From assembly GCF_009914755.1 (NCBI RefSeq), contig NC_060935.1: DNA of 64,000 nucleotides. The stretch is one strand, 5' to 3'. Positions 33,701 to 60,404 of the stretch are shown here, in pieces. The first letter of the stretch is position 1; each line of letters begins with the position of its first letter. Both the position numbers and the translations under genes were made by a program. This DNA comes from the human T2T-CHM13v2.0 reference genome, Homo sapiens. The notes under the pieces were generated by a model. That model was given only the letters and a program-made list of their open reading frames with translations. It did not search any database and was not told the origin of the DNA.

Positions 33701-35862
33701 GAGGCATGAGCTGGGTGTAGAGAGGCCAGTGTGAGGTAGGACCTGGGCCTGTCCAGGCTGCTGGGAGACAGGTAGGAACCTGGCCAGGGAAGGCTGCCAT
33801 GAGACAAAAGTTGGGCCTGGTAAGGTCCTTGTGGTGCATGAGCTTGGCCTAAAGAGGCCACTGAGTGGCAGGAGCTGGGCCTGTAGAGGCTGCTGAAACA
33901 CTGTAGCTTGGCTTGGGGGGGACACGGTGAGGTAGATAGTGGGCCTGAAGAATCTGCTGTGAGGTCGATGTTGGGCCTGTAGAGGCCAACAGAAGGCAGG
34001 AGCTGGGCCTGGAGAGGCCACCAAGATGCAGGAGCTGGGCCTGGAGAGGCTGCCAAGAAGCAAGAGCTGGGCCTAAATAAGCCAGTGTGAGGCAAGAGAT
34101 CAGCCTGGAGAGGCCGACTTGAGGAAGATTTTGGCCTGGAGAGCCTGTCAAAGGCAGGAGCTGGGCCTGGAGAGGCCACCATGAGGCATGAGCTGGGCCT
34201 AATTGAAGACAGTGTGAGGCAGGAACTGGGCCTGTTGAGGATGCTGGGAGGCAGGCAGGAACTTGGCCAGAGAGGACCTCCATGAGGCAAGAGCTGAGCC
34301 TGTAGAGGCTGCTGTCATGCAGGAGGTGGGCCTGTTCAGGCCACCGGGAGACAGAAGGTTGTGCTAGAGAACTTGATGTGAGGAAATTTTGGGCTTACAA
34401 AGGCCGCCAGGAGCTGGGCAGGAGCTGAGTGGAAAGAGGTTGTTGTGAGGCAGGAGGTGGACCTGGAGATGCAGCCAGGAGGAAGAGCTGGGCCTGGAGA
34501 GTCCCACTTGAGGAAGTTCTGGGCCTGGAGAGGCTGCTAAAAGGCAAAAGCTGGGCCAGAATGGCCATGTGAGGCATGAACTTGGTATAAAGAGGTCATT
34601 GGGAGGCAGGAGCTGGGCCTGTTGAGGCTGCTGAAAGGCAGCAGATTGGCCTGCAGGGCTGCGGTGAGGCACAGGCTGGGCCTCGAGAGTCTGCTGTGAG
34701 GCAGAGTTGAACCTGTAGAGGCCGATGGGAGGCAGGAGTTGGGCCTGGAATGGCGGACTTGAGAAAGTTCTTGGTCTGGAGAGGCCGCTGAGATGCAGGA
34801 ACTGGGCCTGGAGAGGCCACTGAGAGGCATGAGCTGTGCCTAAAGAGGCCAGTGTTCAGCAGGAGTTGTGCCTGAAGAGGCTGACTTGAGGAAGTTTTGG
34901 GCATGGACAGCTGTGGGGGGGCAGGAGCTAGGCCTGGAAAGGCCACCGTGAGGCATAAGCTGGGCCTAATGATGTTAGTGTGAGGTAGGATCTGGGCCTG
35001 TCAAGGGCTGCTGGGAGGCAGGTAGGAAATTGTTCGGGGAAGACATCCATGAGGCAAAAGCTGGGCCTGGAGAGTCTGCTGGGAGGCAAGAGCTGGGCCT
35101 GGAGAGGCCGTTGTCACGCAGGAGCTGGGCCTGTCCGGGATATTGGGAGGCAGAAAGTGGGCCTGGAAAGCTTGACTTGAGGCAGTTTTGGGCCTACAAA
35201 GGCCACTAGGAGCTGGGCAGGAGCTGAGCCAAAAGAGGTTATTGTGAGGCAGAAGTTGGGCCCCCAGTCACAGCCAGAAGAAAGAGCTTGGCCTGTAGAG
35301 GCCACCTGGAAGCAGCAGCTGGGCCTGGAGAGGCTGACAGAAGGCAGGAGTTGGGCCTTGAGAGGTTGACTTGTGGACATTTTGGGCCTGGATAGGCCAC
35401 CCAGAGGCAGGAGCTGGGACTAAACAGGCTGTTGTAAGGCAGGAGCTGGGCCTGTACAGGCTGCTGGGAGGCAGAAGGTGGGCCTCAAGAAGAGCTGGCC
35501 TGTACAGACTGGTGGGAGGCAGAAGGTGCACCTCAAGAGGAGGAGCTGGGTCTTGGAAGGTGGCCATGAGGCAAAAGCCAGCCCTTGGGAGGCCGATGAG
35601 AGGCAGGAGCTGGGGTCAACTTGAGAAAGCTCTGGGCCTGGAGAGAAGGCTGGGAGGCAGGAGCTGGGCCAAAAGAGGCTGTTGTAATGATGGAGTTGGG
35701 CCTGTGGAGGCTGCCGTGATACAGTAGCCTCATCTGCGGAGACTGTCATGAGGTAGGGTATGGGCCTAAATAGGCCATTGGGAGCCATGAGCTTGGTCTG
35801 TAGAGGCCAATTGGAGAAAGTTCTGGGCCTGAAGAGGCTGCTGGGAGGCGGGAGCTGGACCA
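27790..35862 (+). repeat. Degenerate G-rich ~30-bp minisatellite array (core gaggcaggagctgggcctggagaggcc), probably the 'teucer' part of TELO_Comp
   Basis: Hundreds of diverged units alternating gaggcaggagctgggcct.. and gacttgaggaagttttgggcct..; produces RQELGL/GRSWAW/EAGAGP peptides in the ORF track. The teucer name is from memory and unverified. Confidence 0.9.
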
Positions 35863-36273
35863 AAAGATTCAAGCACATTACATTTATTAGGTACTTTATT
35901 TCCACTATTCTGTTGTAAGATATAATGAAATATAGAATTCATCATAATGTAGAATCAGTGGGCGTGTTAACCTTGTTTTCCTGTGACTAGATGGTCCCAT
36001 CCTCTGAGCGTGATGGGAGAAAGTGATAATCAGGCATTAGATTCTCATAGGGACAGCGCAACCTAGATCCCTCACATGTACGGTTCGCAATAGGGTATGA
36101 GCTCCTATGAGAATCTAATGGTGCTGCTGATCTGAGAGAAGGTGGAGCTCAGGCAGGAATGTGAGCAAATGGGAGTGGCTGTAAATACAGATGAAACTTC
36201 CCTCACTCGACACCACTCACCTCCTGCTGTGTGGCTCCTTACATCTCCATGGCTCAGGGGTTGGGGACCCCTG
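35863..36273 (+). mobile_element. MER1A (hAT-Charlie) copy A, 5' end lost
   Basis: gattcaagcacattacatttatt..caggcattagattctcata..ggggttggggacccctg, followed by ttcaagtg. Confidence 0.92.
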
Positions 36274-36694
36274 TTCAAGTGCATCCAAAAGGACCCTTCC
36301 CACACCAGTCTTCATAGTGGTCAAGTGCAGCAACCACTTAACTCCCAAGGCTTGTGACTCAGCTGGCATTTCATCACTATCAACAGTAAGTGGTAGCTTG
36401 AGTCATTGTGAAGTCACTACCTGGAAATCACCAGCATCTCATTTCCCATTGGCAAGGAGCTCAGCACTGCCCCTTGGATAACCAAGCCTATGCCCAAATC
36501 CTATCTGTGTGGGTTTATCTCCTGGGACCCTTCCTAGCATATTAGTCAGAGTCCAATCAGGAGACATAAACCACTCAAAAGTTTAAAGTGGTAAAATTTA
36601 ATACAGAGAATTATTCATTATAACAGGGGAACAGCATAATGAGAGACTGGCTAGCACAAAGTAAAGAGAACTCAAGAGAATATAGGACTAGCCC

Positions 36695-37890
36695 AGGCCA
36701 GGCATTGTGGCTCATGCCTGAAATTCCTGCAATTTCAGAAGCCAACGCAGGAGGATTGCTTGAGGCCAGGAGCTAGAGACCGGCCTGGACAACACAGCAA
36801 GACCCTGTCTCTATCCAAAAAAAAGAAAAAAAAATTAGCTGGGAGTGGTGGTGCACACTTGTAGTCCCAGCTACTCGGGAAGCTGATGTGGGAGGGTAGT
36901 TTGAGCCTGGGAGGTCAAGGCTACAGTGAGTGATGATTATGCCATTACAGTCATCAAGCCTGGGTGACAGAGCAAGACCCCATCTCAAAGAACAAAACAA
37001 CAACAACAAAACAACAACAACCATTTACAGACAGAAAAGAAATAGAGATAATAAGCTAAGGAAAGATGTTGAAATGTGACAGATAAAGTAATATGAGGTC
37101 TTTTATCTATTTAAAATAATGAAAAAAGTATTAAATTATAATACCCTCTGCTGGCAAAGGTGCAGTGAAATGGACACTTTCTTATACTATGAGTGGTGTT
37201 TAAATTGTACATAAGCCTTCCAGGGTAAAGCTTGGCAATTTTTTTAAATAATAGAGACACAATCTCACCTACTGCGTCCTCCAACTCTTGGCCTCAAACA
37301 ATCCTCCTGCCTTAGCTTCCAAAGGGCTGGGATTATAGCTGAGAGGCACCCAAAACCTTGACCATTTACATCAAGGGCAATGAGAATGTCCATTCACCAT
37401 GACTCACAGTAATCTTACTTCTGGAAATACCTTGGGGAGACAATTCAATCTAAACAAAATGTCAACTGTACAAACACAGTGAAAATCTAGGAGTAATTGA
37501 AGACAGAGTAGTTAAGTGAAATAAGAAACAGTTATAAGAAATTAAACTATGATATTTATAGGCACCTGGTAAAAGGTCACTTGATGTTACCTGGTACTTT
37601 TTTAAGACAGGGTCTCACTCTGCCACCCAGGCTGGAGTGCAGAGGCCTGATCATGACTCACTGCAGTCTCAGCTTCCCTGAGCTCAAGTGATCCTCCTAC
37701 CTCAGTCTCCCAAGTAGCTGGGACTATAGGAACACATCACCACACTAGGCTAATTCATGTATTTTTCTGCAGGGATGGTGACTCCCTTTGTTTCCATGAC
37801 CTGTCTCAAACTCTTGGCCTCAAGCCATCCTCCTGCCTCAGCCTCCTAAAGTGTTGTGATTAATGGTGTGAACCACCACACTTGGCCAGC
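36695..37890. mobile_element. AluJ elements (36695-36995 +, 37240-37340 partial -, 37600-37888 -)
   Basis: AluJ diagnostics (ggaggattgcttgag, gtcaaggctacagtgag). Confidence 0.85.
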
Positions 37891-38010
37891 TGCTACTTTT
37901 ATCAACATTATTATTATTCCACTCTATTAAAAATTATCTGTCATTACAAATTATTATTTTAAAGGCTATGGAAAAATATGTGTCCTACAGCATAATTGTA
38001 AAAACACATA

Positions 38011-39226
<1,216 letters not shown>

Positions 39227-39227
39227 A

Positions 39228-39470
39228 ACTAGAAGTTCTCAGTCTTTTGGGGTCTATCTTTTGGGGTCTAGCACCCCTTTACATTTTTTAACTTTATTGA
39301 AGATCCCTAAGACTGTTTCTTTATACAAATGTATTAAAATTAGAAAATATGACAAAATTTTAAAAATATTATAAATTTTATAAATATTATAAAACCATTA
39401 CATGTTGATATAATACAAAATTTTAAAAGTATTTAATATTCATTACATACTAATAATAAAATCATTACGT
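39228..39470 (+). mobile_element. Charlie1/MER33-like hAT fragment
   Basis: gttctcagtcttttgggg..cccctttaca..ttattgaagatccc.aag. Confidence 0.6.
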
Positions 39471-39474
39471 TAAT

Positions 39475-40376
<902 letters not shown>

Positions 40377-40469
40377 GAATGAAGAGATTTCTTTAATCTA
40401 GCATCCCATACTCGGTAGGATTGAGAAAGGCAGTAGTGTTTTTTAAAATTACTTAATAATTCAGTAAGA

Positions 40470-41641
<1,172 letters not shown>

Positions 41642-41794
41642 TGAGCCACCGTGCCCAGCCAATTTTTTTATTTTTCATACAGACAAGGTCTCTCCATGTT
41701 GCCCAGGCTGGTCTTGAACTCCTGGCCTCAAGTGATCCTCCTGTCTAAATTCCTGAAGTGCTGGGATTACTGGCATTAGCCACCATAACTGGCT

Positions 41795-42152
41795 ACGTGT
41801 TCATTTTTTCTTGCTGCTGCAACAGTTTGTAGTTTCCTATATTTAGTGGCTTAAAACACCACAAATCTACCATCTTACAGTTCTGGGGGCCAGAAGCCCA
41901 AAATAGGTCTATTAAGGCTAAAGTCAAGGTGTCAGCAGGGCTGCATTCCTTCTGGAGACTCTAAAGTCTTCCCTTAGCTTTTCCAGCTTCTAGAAGCCAC
42001 CCACATTCTTGGATCATGGCCCCTGACTCCATCTTCAAAGCCAGAAGTGATGCATCTTCAAATCTCCCTCTCTGACCTCTGCTTCCATCACCACATCTCC
42101 TGCTCCAATTCTGATTCTCTGACCCTCTTTCTTTTATAAAGATCCTTGTGAT
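41795..42152 (-). mobile_element. MLT1 (MaLR) LTR
   Basis: agtggcttaaaacaccacaaat..ttacagttctggggg..caaggtgtcagcagggctgcattccttctgga..ataaagatccttgtgatt. Confidence 0.85.
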
Positions 42153-42589
42153 TGCTGGGCATGGTGGCTCCCACCCATAATCCCAACACTGGGAGGTCAA
42201 GACAGGAGAAACACTTGAAGCCCAAAGTTTGAAACTAGCCTGAACAACATAGTGAGACCCCACCTCTAGAAAAAAAATAAGAATAAATATTAGCCGGACA
42301 TGGTGGTGTGCATCTGTAGTTCCAGCTACTTGAGAGGCTGAGGTGAGATGATCACTTTAGCCCAGGAGTTTGAGATCAGCCTGGGCGACATAACTAAATC
42401 TCATCTCTATGACAATGAGCTGGGCATGGATAACATGCATGTGTAGTCCCAGCTACTTGGGAGGCTGAGGTGGGAGAATGGCTTGATCTCAGGAGGTCAA
42501 AGCTATAGTGAGCTATGACCTCCTGAGATCATATGACCTCCTGGATGACACAGGGAGATTCTGTCTCAAAAAAAGAAAAGAAAAGAAAT

Positions 42590-43940
<1,351 letters not shown>

Positions 43941-45179
43941 ACACACATTCAATCAGAAATGTGTAAGTAGAGACAAACATGGACTTTTCTTTCACCTGTC
44001 TACCTGCTTAACTGCATAGGAGAGGCAATATGTGGTGCTCATGAACAAAGCAAGCATTGAAGTCAGAAGAGATCCACCATTTGACTCAGTCATAATATCC
44101 AAGTGAGCTTGCGCAAATCACTCATTATCCCTAAGTCTTCATCATTTCATTCATAAAATGGGGATAACTGTGGCACCTACCTGTGATTTTGTGAGAATTA
44201 ATAAGATATTACGCTTGGTGTTATTGTGATCATTATACCTATTCTAAATCATTTGACAAGGACAGTGATGGATGATAACATCAAAAGATTAGAAACTGTA
44301 GTGGGGTCTCTCAGGCAAAATTCCATACAAGCAAATTACTGTCTCTACAAAGCATTCCTGTCAAACTTAATTCACCATTTCCTGAAAAAAAGTGCCATCT
44401 TCATTGTTCAGGTCTTTACAGTGCTGGTTTCCCTGCCTGGGCAGCTCACTCCATCCCATCCCTCCACTTCCCCCTTCCCTCCCCACTCTCATACCCACTC
44501 TTATACAACTCTTCCTCACCTTTCAGGACTTGGCTTCAAAGGTCACCTTAACTGGAAGCTTCTCTCACACTCCAGAAAAGCTTCCCATTGCATATGATGC
44601 ATGCACTATTATTTGATCATTTTTGAGTCATATTCCAAGCCTTTTTGTACCTGAATAACATGTTGCCCAGTCAGTCTCTCTTCCTGGACTCTGAAGTCTT
44701 TCATGGTAGATCCAGCTGAGAGTGACAAAAAGACATTCTTTTGAAATAGAGGGATGACACCGACAGACATACGTTCTTAAACGTTTTAAATGGTATGTGA
44801 AAATTTAACAAAATTAAAAGGCTTGGGGGAACACTTAGGAGGGAAAGTTACTGGGAATGTCATAAAGGATTAATTTGTATTTTATTTTATTTTATTTTAA
44901 TTTTTTGAGACAGAGTCTCATTCTGTCACCTAGGCTGGAGTGCAGTGGTGCAATCAGGGCTCACTGCAGCGTCAACCACCTGGGCTCAGGTAATCTCACT
45001 TAATTTTTATTTGGTTTAAAAAATTCAGTCTTGGTTGAGCATGGTGGCTTATGCCTATAATCTCAACACTTTGGGAGGCTGAGAGGGATATATTACTCGA
45101 TGCTAGCAGTTTGAGATCAGCCTGGGCAACATATTAAGGCCCTGTCTCTACCAAAAAAAAAAAAAAAAACTGAGTGACT

Positions 45180-45623
45180 GTGTGGAAGACAATTTTTCCA
45201 CAGACTGGGGGTGAAGGAAATGATTTCAGGACGATTCAAGTACATTACATATATTGTGTACTTTATTTCTATTATTACTACACTGTAATATATAATGAAA
45301 TAATTCTACAACTCACTATAATGCAGACTCAGTGGGATCTCTGAGCTTGTTTTCCTGCAGCTAGACTGTCCATCTAGGGTGATGGGAGACAGTGACAGAT
45401 CATCAGGCATTAGATTCTCATAAGGAGAGTGAAACCTAGATCCCTCACATGCACATAACAGGGTTCATGTTCCTAGGAGAATCTAATGCTGCTGCTGATC
45501 TGACAGGACATGGTGCTTAGGTGGTCATGCAAGTGATGGGAGGGCTAGAAATACAGAAGAAGTTTCCCCTCATTCACCTGTTGCTCACCTCCGGCTCTGT
45601 GACCCTGTGGTTGGAGATCCCTG
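45180..45623 (+). mobile_element. MER1A copy B, 5' end replaced by an Alu left monomer (45035-45170)
   Basis: tgtggaagacaatttttccacagac..ggttggagatccctg followed by ctcaagtg. Confidence 0.92.
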
Positions 45624-45974
45624 CTCAAGTGCATTCAAAAGGATCCATCCCATGCCATTCTTCAGAGTCATCTTGACTGCCACAGTGGTCAAGTGTAGCA
45701 ACTCTAAGCTCACAGGGCTTATGCCTCACCTGGCATTTCATCACAATCAACAGTAAGTGATAGCTTGAGTCATTGTGAGGTCACTTCCTGGAAATTACCA
45801 GCATCCCATGTCCCATTGACAAGGAGCTTAGCACTGCTCCTTGGATAACCGAACCTATGCCCAAATTCCATCTGTGTGGGTCTATCTCCTGGGACCCTTC
45901 CTAGCATAAATTCTGTATTTGTAGGAGTCCAATCAGGAGACACAAACCACTCAAAAGTTTAAACTAGAATGAGC

Positions 45975-47001
<1,027 letters not shown>

Positions 47002-47994
47002 AAGTGCTAATCCCCCTATGGGGATCTCCTCTTCTCCTCCCCTCTCTGGAACCTCACTTGTCAGTTCTTCCTCCCACTTCCCTGTATCTTTAAACTATCC
47101 CCCGCTTTTAGTCCCTTCCCACTATCATTTAAATTACTCAAACTTCTTCTATTTTAGAAACCTCTCCCTAAACTCAGTGTGTCCCCTGCTTTAGGTCCCA
47201 GCACACCCACTGAGCCATCTGCTCCCCCTGGTGCCTTCTCCACACAGCAGCCTGAGCCATGTCTCTAATCCATTAATCTCATCACGTTACTCCAAAGTTT
47301 ACATCACTTCTCCTTGTCTTGGGGATTAAATCCAAACTTCTTAACAGCCCCTGTTCTGCCCTGCCTTGCAAGGCAGCCTCACTGCTTGCCCCTCTCCATT
47401 TTACCTGCTGTGGAGTCCAACTGAGCCTCATGTGCCCCATGAATCAGGCATTAGATTCTCATAATGAGCTGAATCCTGCTCTTATGAAATCCACACTCTT
47501 TCTCCTCTGGGAGTCTCTGAAGTGAGTGATACCCTCTGCTTAGAATACACTTCCCCTTAAACCTCTACTCTCTTCCTGGATAGCTTTGGGTCCTCTGTCA
47601 CTTGTCTGCTTTGGCATCACCCCCTCCTGGAAGCCTTCCTTGACTCTCCAGATTCTCAGGAGCATGAGAGGTGAGGTGCTCCTCCCATGAATGGATGGAG
47701 ATTAGGGAGTATGGGTTATTCATGTTTAATTCAACAGTTCTTAGCTCAGTACCTGGCACAAAACAGTTACTGTGGTGGCCAAAGTAATGACCCCACCCCC
47801 CACCCCCCACCAATTGCTCATGTCCTATGTTACACAGCACAATTACATAGGAAGGGGGAATTAAGAGTACAGAAGGAATTAATGTTGCTAATCAGCTGAT
47901 CTTAAAACAAGATTATCCTGGAGTATCTGGAAGAGCCCATGTAATATCAAGCTTTCTTTAAATGTGGAAGAGGGAGGCAGAAGGTTAAGAACCA

Positions 47995-49699
<1,705 letters not shown>

Positions 49700-49700
<1 letters not shown>

Positions 49701-50548
49701 GTCAGTGAAGATGTGGAGGAATTGGAACCCACATACATTACTGGTGGGAACATAAAATCGTGTAACCACTTTGGGTATTTCTTTTCTTGTCATTTTTATT
49801 GGATTTTTTTAAATCAAGACAGAGTGTCATTATCTTGCCCAGGCTGGTATTGAACTCATGGGTTCAAGCCATCCTCCCAACTAAGCCTCCTGAGTAGCTG
49901 GGATTACAGGTGTGAACCATCACACCCAACTGGTGTAGCCACTTTAGAAAACAGTCTGGCAGTTTCTCAAAAGTCTAAATGTACAGTCATTATATAATGC
50001 AACAATTTCACTCCAAGACATATATCCCAGAGAAATAAAAATATATGTCCACACAAAAACTTGTACAGCAATCCTCATAGCAGCATTATTTGTAATGGCC
50101 AATACATGGAAACAACCCAAATGTCCACCAACTGATGAACAGATAAACAAAATGCAGTGTGTCTCTACCATGGAATATTATTCGGCCATAGAAGGAATGA
50201 AATATTGATACACACTATGACATAAAGGAACTTTGAAAACATTGTGCTAAGAGGGAAAAAAGCCACAAAAGATCACATATTATACAAATCTATTTGTCCA
50301 GATTAGACAAGTCTATAGTGACAAAAAAATGAATCAATCGTTTCCAAAGACTGGGGGCCAAGGCAGGTGGGGGGGAGTAGGAGGTAGTGGATAAGGAGTG
50401 TGGTTTTCTCTATAGGGTAATGAAAGATTCTAAAAGTGACTGTGGTGATTGATGCACAGCTCTGGGAATACTCTAAAACCTACTGAATTTCAGATTTCAA
50501 TAAATAAAGTGAACGGTATGTGAATCATATTTTAATAAAGCTACTATT
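49700..50548 (+). mobile_element. L1MB 3' end with an Alu fragment insertion
   Basis: gatgtggaggaattggaaccc..tatgtccacacaaaaacttgtac..aaacaacccaaatgtcca..ggtaatgaaa..ttctaaaa..aataaagct. Confidence 0.88.
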
Positions 50549-50567
50549 TTAAATAAAAATAATAAGG

Positions 50568-54945
<4,378 letters not shown>

Positions 54946-55201
54946 AATCCCATTCTTCACCTATTACTGCCCTAATGTTCTCATAAGTACCTTGGTGACA
55001 CAATGAATTCAACTGTCATTGCAATTCAGCAATCTACACATTTAAGTTTGTGTTTGATTTTCAATAATATCAGCCCTACAGATACAAGAAATAAGGAATG
55101 TGTTCGGGCTATCCTGGAAGCTCTCTGGATCCTAGACCATGACTTACGCTAAGAGGTAAAGACTTGAGCTTTTTGTTTTTCTCTCTGTAAGTGCTCAAGT
55201 G

Positions 55202-55698
55202 CAGCGGTCCCCAATTTTTTTGGCACCAGGGACCAGTTTTGTGGAAGAAAATTTTTCCACAGACTGGGGGAAGTGGGTCAGTTTTTGGAATGTTTCAAGC
55301 AACGTACATTTATTGTGTACTTTATTTCTATTATTATTACATTGTAGTATATAATGAAATAATTATATAACTCACCATAATGTAGAATCAGTGGGAGTCC
55401 TGAGCTTGTTTTTCTGCAACGAGACAGTCCCATCTGGGGGTGATGGGAAACAGTGACAGATTATCAGGCATTAGATTCTCATAAGGACAGAGCAAGCTAG
55501 ATCCCTCACATGCACAGTTCACAATAGGATTCGTGCTCCTATGAGAATCTAAAGCTGCCACTGACCTGACAGGAGACAGAGATCAGGCAGTAATGTGGGG
55601 AGTGGCTGTAAATACAGATGAAGCTTCACTCACCCATCTGCTGCTCACCTGCTGTGTGGCCCAATACAGGCCTGTCATCCAGGGATTAGGGGGCCCTG
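55202..55698 (+). mobile_element. MER1A copy C, complete, with 8-bp TSD
   Basis: Starts cagcggtccccaa, ends ggggccctg; TSD ctcaagtg (55194-55201) / ttcaagtg (55699-55706). Confidence 0.95.
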
Positions 55699-56126
55699 TT
55701 CAAGTGCATCCAAAAGGACCCTTCCCACACCAGTCTTCATAGTGGTCAAATGCAGCAACCACTTAGCTCCCAAGGCATATGCCTCAGCTGGCATTTAATC
55801 ACAATCAACAGTAAGTGATAGCTTGAGTCATTGTGAGGTCACTTTCTGGAAATCACCAGCATCACATTTCCCATTGGTAAGGAGCTCAGCACTGCCCCTT
55901 GGATAACCAAACCTATGCCCAAATCCCATGTGTGTGGGTCTAGCTCCTGGGACCCTTCCTAGCATCAATTCTGTATTTGTAGGAGCCCAATCGGGGGATA
56001 TAAACCACTCAAAAGTTTAAAGTGGTAAAATTTAAAATAAAAAAATTATTATAACAGGGCAACAGCATAATGAGAGATGGGCTACCAAAAAGTAAAGAGA
56101 ACACTAGAGAACACAGGACTAGCAGA

Positions 56127-57085
<959 letters not shown>

Positions 57086-59042
57086 TCTGTTTTTAAAAAC
57101 CATGAGTCAAATATTATTTTCCTCCCTCCCATTTTACAGGTGTGCAACCTGAAGAACAGAGAATTTAAGTAATTTTCCCAAGTGGCAGAGTGCAGATTTA
57201 AATCCTATCACTTTGGCCTCAGAGTTTGTGCTTCATTTTATTATTTTAAATTCATCTTTTTTTAAAACCAAGAGACTTATGCAAAATTGTGCTAGGATTC
57301 AAAAAAAGCCCTGACCATGGGTGCAGGCAGGGCTCACGCTGCATTTTCTTTACTTATTTACGTCCTGTTTGGATGGAGACATGATGACAGGAGCTCCCTC
57401 CACCACCGTGCACCAGAAAGGAAAGTGAAGAGAAGCACAGGGAAGCCAGTCTTGCCATGTTTGAGCAACTGAACCAATGTCAGCCTCAGCCTACCAGCAC
57501 AATTAATTTTATGTGAGAAAAACAGGCATCTCCCTATTTGGAAAATCACACTGGCTGCAGCAGCAAACAATCGTCAAGTTATTCCTGGTTAACATTATTC
57601 CTACAGCCCTAATCTCTACACCCACCGCCCCCCCCAAAAAAAAAGATGATCCTAATGCAGGTATTTCCTTTTGCATTCATGAGGAAATGGAAGAAATATC
57701 CATATTTGACAGTTGGTTGGGAACTGTATTTGGTATTGTGTGAAGTATTTTAATATTGTAAACATGAAAGGTGAGAATCCTGGAGACCCTATGGGCATAG
57801 AGAAAAGGAAGTACATTAGAGGGTGTTGTAGGAAATACTTTCATTCCAGGCACTGCTGTTTAAACTACCCCCAAACTTTCTTTCCTTAAAAGAACAGAAA
57901 AAACAAAGAGGGCAAAAGATCAAGAAACATTCCATGTCATCCTCTGCACTCTTATTTGTTGTAATAAAGGAAAAGCATTTTAGGGATTTTCTTGAGTGCA
58001 GTTTATGATGTGATCCAAGTTATTTATTTTCTGTTAATGATTTGGAAAATTTTAATTAAAAACATTCAAAAATTTAGCTTTACCAAAGGTAGCTGTTCAC
58101 ATGTAAAACTAGTTTGGTTAACTTCATCTGTATAAACACATAGCTAGTAAACTGACATAACTATTAAACTGGAGAATCAACAGAAACATGCCAAGGACTG
58201 GCCCTTACCTTCCACAGTGACCTCAATTTCAGGAATCTTTTAATTACTCTCAGGGCTTCATCATCTTTTTGGGGACTGAAAGTTGTAAAATGAGCACAGA
58301 ATTACCTTAATATATTGTAGGAAAAAAATACAGAAGAAGATGCTTTATAAGAGTATTAACATTCATACAGTTTGACTCTTTTCAAACAAACCTGCAGAAT
58401 TAAACTTGTAGTGGAATCCTCCACAGGTGGCTCAAAAAAGCCATGGAAACATGAATAAAGTGGGATTGCAAATGTGACATTTCCAATCAAATGCTGTTTT
58501 TTTTTTTAAAAAAAAAAAAAAAAAGAAAAAGAGGTCCATTAAATAAAATACCTTAAAAAGCCAAAAAACTAACTGCAAGTCCCACAAAGATATTGGCCAA
58601 TGATTCTGTATGATTTAAAAAATGCTGATAAAGTATGTCTTAATGCAGTGAAATATCATAGGAAGTACATGTAATCTCTTACCTTTAGTGTTTATTTTAC
58701 TAGCCATTACAGGAGGCAAGTAGGAAATAATTAGTTCAAGTCAAGAAAGAAAACCAAAAAAATGTTACAGTAGCCAGTACAATAGTGGTCTCACAGCTAG
58801 TAAAACAGTTGTGATATGATGAGGGATTTTTCCAAAAGGAGTTCACAGGGTCACCCTGCAATGTGACAATAATTCCTATTATTGTGGACAAAAACCCTGA
58901 TTTTTCCTTCCCATGACTGGTAAGTAATTATATGAAGAGTAAATTACTTCATGAAAAAGAAAATTAACACTAGTGTACTTTCTTCAGCCACTAAAATTCT
59001 GCAGAAACGTAGATATAGTAAGAAACTCAATCATCACATCAG

Positions 59043-59353
<311 letters not shown>

Positions 59354-59700
59354 TCATCAATATTTAATCACTCACAAGATTGACCCAGGAATAACAGAGT
59401 AGATAAAACCCAGCAAATTAAACTACATTCAAGTACTTAGGCCTACTGTGAGCCAACATAGTGCCTCTCAACACTGTGGAGGCGGTGGTCACTATTCTTG
59501 CACTGATGAAGACGGCTAAGTACAGGATGGGAGACTGCAGGGGCTATGGAGAGTGCCAGGACTGCAGTTCAGAGCCAGGCTTTTTCATCAAGGACTTACA
59601 GCCAAGCCTGTCACCTCTAGCTAGAAAAACATTTTAGTAGAAATGTCATTTTACTGTTTTAATTCCAGAAATGACTACAGTGGCAAATAGAACTTACTTT

Positions 59701-60337
<637 letters not shown>

Positions 60338-60404
60338 TCACTTAGGTTACTGGGCAAATCTGAAGAACAAGCCTAAAGTACTTTTAAAAGAAACATTTAA
60401 CACT

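Noticed and set aside
27790-35862. CRISPR-like repeat/spacer appearance
   Set aside because: Primate DNA; units are degenerate and contiguous with no unique spacers and no cas genes.
28060-35905. Dozens of overlapping 100-230 aa ORFs on both strands
   Set aside because: By-products of a GC-rich ~30-bp repeat. They occur in all six frames, none spans the array, and many start at non-ATG codons.
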